A stretch of DNA of 10,718 bases from an uncultured archaeon (GTDB lineage Archaea; Asgardarchaeota; Lokiarchaeia; Sigyniarchaeales; SOKP01), in assembly GCA_964525635.1 (NCBI GenBank), contig CAZGJX010000123.1, positions 1 to 10,718 on the forward strand, read 5' to 3'. The position numbers and the translations under genes are program-made. Positions 1 to 8,435 of this stretch are shown here, piece after piece (within the stretch, counting starts at the first letter, position 1; each line of letters opens with the position of its first letter). Under the pieces are notes generated by a model. It was not told where the DNA came from. It worked only from the letters and a program-made list of their open reading frames with translations, and searched no databases.

Positions 1-23
1 AATGGATAACTTTTTCAAAAAAA

Positions 24-1094
24 TTAAAAAATTTTGTTAACTTGTAAACTTAAGAAATAAATAAATGATATATTATCAATTATATCAAATGGAGCTCCAA
101 ATTTTTTATCATTCTGAGGATCAATTATCATTACTTCTTTTTCATGATCAACAACAACATTCCAAGCAGTTTTAGCTCTATCATTTGTACCCCAGATAAT
201 TCCTAAGCCATGAGGATTAAATCTAATACCATTGTCATAAGCACTTTTAATAAATCTATATTTTAAAAGAAATGCATAATCATCACAATCAAAAGCTTCT
301 TTGATAAAGCTCTTTTTATCAATTTTATTATCATTAAGCTATGAAGTTATATCTGTTTGAGTGGGACAATGATAGATTTCATCGGCTATTATAAAAGAGT
401 AATCATTAGTAAACTTCCCCTCAAAGGCGGTTTCAATAATAGTTTTAATGTCATCTTTCGGCAATAAGGTTTTTATAAAAAAATTCTTTGATTTCTCTGT
501 ATTTAGCGTCTTTGTTATACCAGAACTTCTTACACCATCTTTAAACCATATATAAGTTCTATTCTTTTTGGAAATCCCAATATCAATAATATCGGAGGGA
601 GTCTTTTCACTACCTACAATTTTATAACTATAAGGAATTTTATCTCTATCGAGCCAATTATAATTTCCACAGCTTACGGTATTGTTATCATACCAAGCAT
701 AACATTTCCCTTCTGTAGATATAGCCATTCCTACAATTTTACTTGGATTTTGACCAGCGGGTAATGCATAATCCTCTAAGTCATCCTTACTACCGAGATT
801 TGTTGGTGAACCACAACTTACTTTATAATCTTTATACCATGTATAACATCTGTCGTTTTGATCGATTCCAATCGCTACGATTCCCTTATCAGGATCATTT
901 GGTGGATGATCATCTGGATATATAACATTTTTAAATTCTCTTGTACTTTTATTTAAAAAAGTTGAAGTACCTTCCATAATATATAATTTATCATCCACTT
1001 CGTCATAATACCAACTATATACTGTATTATCTTTGCTTGATATAGCAATTGCTATAATTTTTTTCATCATATATTTTGTCAATTTGGTTGCCAT
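24..1094 (-). pseudogene. Repeat (beta-propeller-like) domain fused to a MOA-lectin/Agglutinin_C-type papain-like domain; 356 codons, interrupted by one in-frame TAG (339-341)
   Basis: The ORF 339..1094 continues in the same frame past the TAG: ...HCPTQTDITS*LNDNKIDKKSFIKEAFDCDDYAFLLKYRF...HGLGIIWGTNDRAKTAWNVVVDHEKEVMIIDPQND...ISFIYFLSLQVNKIF, ending at TAA 24-26. The FDCDDYA / GIIWG / xAWN / I[DE]PQ motif order matches my recollection of the Marasmius oreades agglutinin C-terminal protease family. An SD-like AAGGTG lies 8-13 nt upstream of the ATG. Could be read-through rather than a true pseudogene. Confidence 0.75.
505..1060 (-). repeat. Four imperfect ~47-60 aa protein repeats (I[IV]xI[AG]I..x.[VC]Y.W[YF].D..VS.G...L), probable beta-propeller blades
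   Basis: IIAIAISSKDNTVYSWYYD; IVAIGIDQNDRCYTWYKDYKVSCG; IVGMAISTEGKCYAWYDNNTVSCG; IIDIGISKKNRTYIWFKDGVRSSG. Confidence 0.75.
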
Positions 1095-1101
1095 TTTAAA
1101 A

Positions 1102-1107
1102 CACCTT
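1102..1107 (-). promoter_or_regulatory. Putative Shine-Dalgarno (AAGGTG) for the gene starting at 1094
   Basis: Minus strand reads AAGGTG-TTTTAAA-ATG, with a 7-nt spacer. Confidence 0.5.
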
Positions 1108-1361
1108 AATTCTTTTGGTTTAATAAAAAATTTTTCAACTTTTTATTATATGGGTAAACTAAAAAAAGATTTATATAACCATTTAGACCGATTTTTTACA
1201 AATTTTATTAAGATATATAACAATGACTAAATAGAATAGATGTAGTGAGATGCTTATTTTCAGAGCAACTTCAAGAATATAAAAGTTAATTAAATTTAAA
1301 TAAATATTTTTCTTTACTTTTTTTCATAATTAAATTAAAAGTAAATTCAAGAGTAAAAATC

Positions 1362-1808
1362 TTATTTAAATCCTAAATATTCTTTAGCGATTATATTTGT
1401 TTGATATAAGATTTTTGGATTTTCCTTAATCATTTTTTTTAATCCTTTAATAGTAAACTCTTTAGGTTGAAATTCATGCAAACTCTCCTCCAAATAGTTT
1501 TTCAACTCTTCTTCATTCTCATTGGAAAAATTATCAAGATTAAAAAGATCTGTTTTCATTCCTTTATAATTATAATACATCCTTCTCCTAATATGTCCAT
1601 CCTAATATTTTGGAAATTCTATAGAAGGATTTAAATCTCTAAGAAAAAAACCTAACTCTAAGTAATAAGAATTCGAGTATGATGATTTTTATAATCCCAA
1701 TACATATATAAGCTCATTATTTTTCTTGTAATAAGAAGTGCTTTTTCTAATAAAACCTTTCGAAATTAATAGATTAGTTAGAAGTTTCTTGAATTTTAAT
1801 TTTTCCAT
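1362..1808 (-). pseudogene. DUF4304-like protein, 148 codons, with two in-frame stops (TAA 1689-1691, TAG 1602-1604)
   Basis: ATG at 1808 is in frame with ORF 1362..1580: MEKLKFKKLLTNLLISKGFIRKSTSYYKKNNELIYVLGL*KSSYSNSYYLELGFFLRDLNPSIEFPKY*DGHIRRRMYYNYKG... The pattern GF.....YY.....I.V..LQKS.Y...YY..LG resembles DUF4304, with the TAA at the expected Gln. Confidence 0.7.
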
Positions 1809-2178
1809 CAAATTCGCTTTCTTATATTAATAGTTAAATTATTTAATAAAAGTCATATATAAATGTTTTTTGACCAATAATTATATTAGAAAGTTATAAT
1901 CTAAAATTCTTTTTCTTTACTTTTCTTTTTAATTTAATGATGAATATATTGGAAAGTCCGAGAAGGTATTTTAGATCATCTATTCTGAGCTATAAATAAT
2001 ATATTTGATCTAAACGATCTTGAGAAAAATTAAATTTATAATTATCAAAAATGAGTTCAATTATTTATAAGCAGATATTAACAAGAATTTGTATTTAAAT
2101 TTATTTTAAAAAAAGAACATAAATTTTGAAAAACATTATATATTCTACCAATAAATAAAATTCAAAAGAACTCAGACA

Positions 2179-2439
2179 ATGAAGAATATCAATGAGGATA
2201 TAGTTAAATTATTATATGATATACGTAAGGGTAATTATATTAAGGATTTATGCTTCGAATATGAAACAGAAAGGATGGTTGGATTCAAGAGAATCTCAGA
2301 TAATAAATATTGTTCTATTCCAAGAGGATTTATACAGGAGGGATGGAGAAAAGATGACAAGGTACCTCAAAATATCTATATAAAGTCGTATTTAACATTC
2401 CTGAAAATCTATTGGAAAAAACGTGAAGACATTGGTTAA
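2179..2439 (+). CDS. Hypothetical protein (86 aa)
   Basis: ATG-started ORF with protein-like composition and raised GC/purine content relative to the flanks; no family recognised. Confidence 0.55.
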   Translation: MKNINEDIVKLLYDIRKGNYIKDLCFEYETERMVGFKRISDNKYCSIPRGFIQEGWRKDDKVPQNIYIKSYLTFLKIYWKKREDIG

Positions 2440-2639
2440 TAGATTTATATCATCACTTCCAATCATTTTGATGGAACAAGGTTGAAAACATTTTACTTTC
2501 TTTAAAGGTAGATATATATTTGGGAAAACAAATATCAAAACATGAAAGAAGATATAGATAATAAATACTAATTATCATTTATAGATCTCTCTAATAATAA
2601 ATCATAAAACCGAAATAAGTATATTGAAATGATTTTAAG

Positions 2640-2975
2640 TTACTTATATTTTTGAAATGAGGAAAATTTCCTACCTTGAGCTTCGATAATACATTTTTTA
2701 CCTTGAGGACTTAATTTCAAGATAGCATTATCTATAATCTCAATTGGAATACCTTCTTTTGGTAATACAATATGAAACCAATCAACAATTTCATTGTAAT
2801 ATTTCATTACATCATCACTTTCCAAATTGGGAGTAAAGACACCTGTTTTCAAGTCAATAATAATTTCAAATTCAGGAGTAAAGTGAAAAAATGGATCTAT
2901 CATATATCCTTGGTTACCGCTTAATGCATTTCTGAGTATTTGGTTAACTATTGACTTTAATCTACTTAATTTCAT
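2640..2975 (-). CDS. Hypothetical protein (111 aa)
   Basis: Intact ATG..TAA ORF with protein-like composition, flanked by AT-rich intergenic DNA; no family recognised. Confidence 0.7.
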   Translation of the reverse strand: MKLSRLKSIVNQILRNALSGNQGYMIDPFFHFTPEFEIIIDLKTGVFTPNLESDDVMKYYNEIVDWFHIVLPKEGIPIEIIDNAILKLSPQGKKCIIEAQGRKFSSFQKYK

Positions 2976-3090
2976 TTATTTAATCTTTTAATTTTATAAC
3001 GATTATAAGTATTTAAATATAGATTAATACTTTTTTCAAAGATAGAAAACAATTCATAAAGTTTAAAATATTATTTATTTTAGTTATATT

Positions 3091-3888
3091 ATGCGAAGAC
3101 CAATAGATCCTCTTGTAATTGGAGGGATGTTTATAACTGGAGACTTTTATAATCCTTTTATAGCTCAGATGATTGAATTCTTAAGAAGGAAAATTCTTAA
3201 GGTAGAACGTATTCCTCCAGAAGATCCAAAGAATAAAAAATGCAAATACTATCATAACTATAAATATTTTATATTAGAGCAAAATCTAGCTAATTTAAAA
3301 CCATATGAGAGATTTATCATAGATTTCATATAAAAATATAAAGATCAATCGAAAGAATACATAACCCATGAAGAAATAAAGAAAAATTCTGAATCAGATC
3401 CTGAATTTAAGCAAATAGCAATAAAATGGGCAGAAATAATTTTAGAGGAACTAAATAATCTGAATTACTTGAATAAAGATGATTTTCAGGATAAAAAAAG
3501 AAGAATTAAATATAGTCAATTAGGAAAAGTGAGTAGACTAGAATGGAAAAAATATCTAAATTATTTTAATAACACCTTAATCAAAGATTTTAATTAAAAA
3601 GATTTATCAATATGGAAAGAACATTTGACTTATGCAACATCTTTTAGTTGGGAGGGAGAGGGTGATGATGTATTTCAAGTTATGGATAAAATTTTTCCAA
3701 CCCAAGAAGAAAGGGAAAAATCTAATTTCTACATAAAAGGAATTGAGGGAAACGATAAATTTTTTTCAAAATTTAATTTTTTTGCTTCAATTGATTTTGG
3801 GAAAGCATTCATTGATTTTATTTGTGACTCATTAAGAAAAAGGGGATATAGTGTAAAGTTCCCTTATTTTTTATATTTTAAAAAATAG
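3091..3888 (+). pseudogene. DUF2207 C-terminal-like protein lacking obvious TM helices, 265 codons, with two in-frame TAA stops (3331-3333, 3595-3597)
   Basis: ORFs 3091..3333 and 3625..3888 share a frame, and the gap between them is open: FIIDFI*KYKDQSKEYITHEEIKK...KYSQLGKVSRLEWKKYLNYFNNTLIKDFN*KDLSIWKEHLTYATSF. The motifs AQMIEFLRRKILKVE, LKPYERFIIDF, SQLG...W..Y and IWKEHLTYATSF resemble DUF2207 (AT..DL.R.G.L.I / L..YE / T..G.....W..F..YL / WE.YL.YA.A.G). Family call is from memory. Confidence 0.65.
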
Positions 3889-3905
3889 TTTTTCCTTTTT
3901 TTTTT
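3889..3905 (+). terminator. Oligo-T tract between convergent genes, probable archaeal-type terminator
   Basis: TTTTTCCTTTTTTTTTT directly after TAG 3886-3888, in a 20-bp gap before the convergent stop at 3909. Confidence 0.4.
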
Positions 3906-4435
3906 AAGTTATTTTTCAACATTTTTTTTCTTTCCTGCTTTTTTATGTTTGTGTCTATCATATAGGATTTTTATCGAAATGCTAGCAAAACCACTTAAAC
4001 TACCATAAATTAGTGCCTGAATCCAAAAAGGGAATGGTTCTTCCTGAAAATTTACATGAATAGTCATCTGTGTGTATTCTAAATTATCACTCTCATCTAA
4101 AGCATTTTCACCTCCATCACTAGCACTGTAAGTTTCATTAATTAAATTATCAGGATCAATTGTTAATGTTAATATATATAATCCAGGATTAGTAATTTGT
4201 GTGCTTTCTTCAATTATGTGTCTCTGTTCATTTATTTCAGGATCTATAGGATTAAGAGAATTATCATATAATGTAATTCCAAGTGCTTCACATGTTATAG
4301 TTATTATTATGTTTTCAGCTCTCCAAATTCCATTATTTTCTATAATAAAATCTAAGACAAGGGTTTTTCCCTCATAAATATCATTCACTTCAAAATCTAT
4401 TATCCTTAAATTTGGCATAGGATACCAATATCTGT

Positions 4436-4926
4436 CAATAGGATCTGTTTGAATATTAATCTCGACATTATCTGCAAAATTATCATAATCTGAATCAGGA
4501 TTAGTAGCATTAGTTATATATCCATCAGCCCCCAAAATACATTCTTCACCATCTAATATGGAATCATCATCAGAATCAGGATCATCTGGAAAAGTTTGAT
4601 TATTATATTCATCTATATTAGATAATTGGTCGATATCTGGATCATCATTAGAATCATCTATAAGAGGATCTAATCCATATTGAATTTCCCAACCATCAGG
4701 CATTTCATCACCTTCAGAATCAGGATTATTTGGATCTGTGCTATAAATAGTTATTTCATCCCCATCATTCAACTCATCATCATCAGAATCAGGATCACTT
4801 GGATTTGTTTCATAATAACTAATTTCAATACCATCATTTAGGTTATCATTATCAGAATCTGAATCATTTGATAAGGTGCCATATAACTGCTCAGAATAAT
4901 TAGAAAGCATATCAAAATCAGTATCA
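4436..4926 (-). repeat. Thrombospondin type-3-like (bacterial TSP3) Asp-rich calcium-binding repeats
   Basis: DSDSDNDNLNDGIE, DPDSDDDELNDGDE, NPDSEGDEMPDGWE, DPDIDQLSNIDE, DPDSDDDSILDGEE, NPDSDYDNFADNVE. Confidence 0.8.
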
Positions 4927-5009
4927 AAATATTCTTGATTTTTAATTCTGCGAAAAGATATATCTCCTGACAATCCCTGCCAATAAATTCTCTGCCCAGT
5001 TAGATTTAA

Positions 5010-6092
5010 CTTTAGGGCAAATATATTTCCATCATGATTTGCTATGACGACATTAAGATTACCATCATTATTTAAATCCCCTAGCACAGGGGATGTAAAT
5101 ATTATATTCCCCGTAGAGTAATTCCAAGCTTTAGTACCATTTTCTCCATGAAAAATATAAAAATTCCCATCATGACAACCTATAATCACTTCAAGTTTTC
5201 CATTACCATTTACATCTCCTAGTGTAGGAGAAGAGCGCATTTCTTCTCCTGTGGTATAATCCCAGAGAAGAGTACCATTCTCACCATGAAAAGCATGAAT
5301 TGTTCCATCATTATTACCTATTACTACTTCAAGATCTCCATCACAATTAATATCTCCTAATGCGGGAGATGAAAAAATCTCATGTCCAGTTGTATAATCC
5401 CAGAAAAGAGTACCGTTCTTACCATGAAGAGTATAAACGTTTCTATCATTACTTGCAAAAATCACTTCAAGTTTTCCATCATTGTTCAAATCTCCAATTG
5501 CGGGAGAAGAAAAGATCTTATCACCTGTAGTATAATTCCAAAACTGAGTACCATTCTCACCATGAAGAGCGTAGATTTTACCATCAAAACTCCCAACGAC
5601 CACTTCAAGTTTTCCATCATTGTTCAAATCTGCAAGATTAGGAGATGAAATTATAAAATCTCCTGTCGCATAACTCTAGAAAAGAGTACCATTCTCACCA
5701 TGAAAAGCATAAGTTTTATTATCTTTACTACCTACAATCACTTCAACTTTTCCATTTCCATCTAAATCTCCAAAAGTAGGACAAGAACGTATTTCTTCTC
5801 CTGTTGTATAATTCCAGAAAATAGTACCATTCTCACCATGAAGAGCATAAAGATTCTTATCTCCACTCCCTATAATTACTTCAACTTTTCCATTACCATC
5901 AATATCTCCAATAGTAGGAGAACAACGAATTAAACCCCCCGTTGTATAATTCCAGAAAATAGTACCATTCTCACCATGAAAAGCATAAACTTTTCCATCA
6001 TTACTACCTATAATTACTTCAATTTTTCCATTTCCATTTATATCTCCTAATGCGGCAGAAGAATATATAGCATCTCCTGTTGTATAATTCCA
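5010..6092 (-). repeat. Eight tandem 138-bp (46-aa) FG-GAP-like repeats
   Basis: The conserved Trp codon recurs every 138 bp exactly (+ strand CCA at 6090, 5952, 5814, [CTA 5676], 5538, 5400, 5262, 5124). The DNA motif agtaccattctcaccatgaa is repeated. Confidence 0.9.
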
Positions 6093-6257
6093 TAATTGGT
6101 TATCATCCGTAGATATTTTTAATTTATCAGAAAAATTATCATATTTCTTAATTTCAATACTGAAAAAATTTACACTATTTTGAAATAATAACATAAAGAG
6201 AATAATTAATAACACAGCAAGAGTGTTCATTCTTATTTTTTTAAACCTTAAATTCAT

Positions 6258-6511
6258 ATATATAATTCCTCTATAATAAGAATAATAAATAATTATAATA
6301 ATTGAATTGAATAATATTTTTATTGATCTTTATAAAAGTAAAAATTGCAGATAATAAAATAATTTATCTACTCATACATGTATAATATATATCTTCTAAA
6401 TATATAATTATCAATTAAGTGAAGATATAATAAAGACAATATAAAAAATATAAATATTAATATTGATTTTAAAATCTAATTTAAAAAATAAAAATTCAGT
6501 AGTAGATAATA
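6258..6511. promoter_or_regulatory. Divergent AT-rich promoter region; SD-like GAGGA (minus strand, 6267-6271)
   Basis: 254-bp very AT-rich gap between divergent start codons, with several TATA-like boxes (e.g. TTTTATAAA near 6329); individual boxes cannot be assigned. Confidence 0.4.
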
Positions 6512-8224
6512 ATGGTAGATAAATTAGGTTATTTTTCATTAGTGTTACATACACATATTCCATGGGTATTAAATCATGGTATTTGGCCACATGGTACAAG
6601 TTGGTTAAATGAAGCAGCAGCAGAGTCCTATATCCCTCTTATTGATGAAATTTATAAGCTAATAAATGATGGTTACAATCCAAAAATGACTATAAGTATA
6701 ACCCCCGTATTATGTGAATCCCTACGTAATCCAGCATTTATTGGTGATTTTATGAACTATTTAGATCAAAAAATAAATACAGCACTACATGATCGATATG
6801 AATTTAAAAAAAATAATTATCGTTATGAGCGTATCAAGTTAACAGAGTGGTGGGAAGAATTTTATTCTAGAGTGAAAGATAGATTTATTAATGATTATAA
6901 TAAAGATATAATCGGGGAATTTAAGAAATTACAGGATAGAGGATATCTCGATATCATTACTTGTAGTGCTACTCATGGATATACTGCTCTACTTTCGCGT
7001 GATTCATCAATAGATGCTCAATACAAGATAGCTGTTGATAATTATAAAAAGCATTTTGGAAGACCTCCTACAGGAGCATGGCTTCCAGAATGCGCTTATA
7101 GACCAGGATATAGATGGAAAAATCTTATTACTAAAGAAGAATATGAACGTCCAGGAATTGAATATTTTCTAGCCAAGAATGGATTAAAATATTTTTTTGT
7201 TGATACAGTTTTACTTTTAGGTGGTAAATCTATGGGAGTCTATGCAGCTAGATTTCCATTATTAAAAGAATTATGGGAACAATTTGCTTCTCAATTTGAA
7301 GAAAAACCTCTAGATTTTAATAAATCTCAGTATGAAACATATTTAGTATCTTCTTCTTCACCTCAACCTCCCGTAGGATTTTTTACAAGAGATGAAAAAA
7401 CTGGGATTGTGGTCTGGTCAGGAGAGCATGGATACCCCGGATGTGCTGAATATCTTGATTTTCATAAAAAACACCTTCCAGGTGGCCTTAGATATTGGAA
7501 AGTTACTCATGCTAAAATTGATTTAGCTGATAAAATGCTTTATTGGCCTGATGATATTCCAAGAAAGTTAGATGAAAATGGAGGTCATTTTGTAAATCTT
7601 GTTAAAGATGTTTTAAGAGAATATAAAGATAAGAATGGACGTCCTGGAATTATATCAGCAATGTATGATACGGAGCTCTATGGGCATTGGTGGTTTGAGG
7701 GTCCATGGTGGATAAATCGAGTCTTAAGGTGGTTAGAAGATGATCCTGAAGTTGATTTAATTACTTCAAAGGAATATATGGAATTAAATCCTCCAAATAG
7801 AACGGTCCAACTCTTAGAAGGGAGTTGGGGGCAAGGTTCAAGTCATTGGGTGTGGTTTAATGAATGGACTACCTATGTTTGGGCTCATATATATGAATGT
7901 GAAAAAAAATGTGAAGAAATAATGACAAAACACGCAAATTCATCAGATCCTAATCTAATAAAGATTTTAAAACAATTAGCCCGAGAAAATCTTCTTTTAC
8001 AGAGTAGTGACTGGCCGTTTTTAATGACAACATGGACTGCAAGAGATTATTCAGAAAATCGAATTTCCCTACACTATGAAAATTTTAATAGATTATTTCA
8101 TATGGCTTCTAAATATGGAAATGGAGAATATGTTGATGAAGGAGAATGGCATTTTCTAGGGAAGTTACAACAAGAAAATGGAATATTTGAGGAAATTGAT
8201 ATTAAATCTTTTACCAGGAAATAA
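6512..8224 (+). CDS. Glycoside hydrolase family 57 1,4-alpha-glucan branching enzyme (with C-terminal DUF1957/BE_C domain)
   Basis: All five GH57 conserved regions are present: LVLHTHIPWV, AAAESYIPL, WLPECAY (nucleophile Glu193, with the branching-enzyme-type EC), YDTELYGHWWFEG (acid/base Asp386) and LLQSSDWPF. Also SATHGY and EGSWG. Similar in motif content to TK1436-type enzymes. Confidence 0.93.
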   Translation: MVDKLGYFSLVLHTHIPWVLNHGIWPHGTSWLNEAAAESYIPLIDEIYKLINDGYNPKMTISITPVLCESLRNPAFIGDFMNYLDQKINTALHDRYEFKKNNYRYERIKLTEWWEEFYSRVKDRFINDYNKDIIGEFKKLQDRGYLDIITCSATHGYTALLSRDSSIDAQYKIAVDNYKKHFGRPPTGAWLPECAYRPGYRWKNLITKEEYERPGIEYFLAKNGLKYFFVDTVLLLGGKSMGVYAARFPLLKELWEQFASQFEEKPLDFNKSQYETYLVSSSSPQPPVGFFTRDEKTGIVVWSGEHGYPGCAEYLDFHKKHLPGGLRYWKVTHAKIDLADKMLYWPDDIPRKLDENGGHFVNLVKDVLREYKDKNGRPGIISAMYDTELYGHWWFEGPWWINRVLRWLEDDPEVDLITSKEYMELNPPNRTVQLLEGSWGQGSSHWVWFNEWTTYVWAHIYECEKKCEEIMTKHANSSDPNLIKILKQLARENLLLQSSDWPFLMTTWTARDYSENRISLHYENFNRLFHMASKYGNGEYVDEGEWHFLGKLQQENGIFEEIDIKSFTRK

Positions 8225-8435
8225 ATTGATAAATGATAATTATCTCAATTATTCTATTTATTTTTTCCTTGAATCTTATGCAATAGAAATACTTATTAGA
8301 TAAAATAAATGAATCAAGTAAAAAATAATACTAAAAAAAACTGCATACTAAATTATTAAATAATATTTTAAAATAATGGTATTCTATTTTTAGTTAATTC
8401 TAATTTTTTAAAAATGAAATGCAAGAAGGATAAAT

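Larger units (their letters stand above)
3909..6257 (-). pseudogene. Membrane-anchored cell-surface protein (signal/TM, 8 FG-GAP/PQQ-like propeller repeats, TSP3-like Asp-rich Ca-binding repeats, CARDB-like Ig domain, C-terminal TM + basic tail); 782 codons with one in-frame TAG (5676-5678)
   Basis: ORFs 5676..6257 and 3909..5627 are in one frame, joined by HGENGTLF*SYATGDFIISSPNLADLNNDGKLEV. N-terminal hydrophobic stretch LAVLLIILFMLLF. Repeats SP.LGD.N.[DN]GK.EV..G..DG..YA.HGENGT..W.YTTG and DSD.D.L.DG.E....T.P. Ig-like segment PNLRI...IENNG...GLY.LTLTIDPDNLINE. C-terminal FWIQALIYGSLSGFASISIKILY followed by KHKKAGKKK. Confidence 0.85.

Noticed and set aside
743-925. 60-aa + strand ORF
   Set aside because: Antisense shadow inside the well-supported minus-strand repeat gene; no motifs.
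1033-1230. 65-aa + strand ORF
   Set aside because: Overlaps the start and promoter region of the minus-strand gene; composition is typical of AT-rich non-coding DNA.
1895-2095. Possible further stop-interrupted minus-strand frame (IIELIFDNYKFNFSQDRLDQIYYL*LRIDDLKYLLGL...)
   Set aside because: No start codon, several stops and no recognisable motif; not distinguishable from chance in AT-rich DNA.
5382-5648. 88-aa + strand ORF with internal repeat
   Set aside because: Antisense to the FG-GAP repeats; its periodicity merely mirrors the 138-bp unit.
5010-6092. CRISPR array or DGR template/variable repeat interpretation of the 138-bp repeats
   Set aside because: Units are codon-periodic protein repeats with no unique spacers, differences are not adenine-specific, and no cas or reverse transcriptase gene is in the window.
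6411-6599. 62-aa minus-strand ORF
   Set aside because: Antisense overlap with the conserved GH57 N-terminus and AT-rich intergenic DNA.
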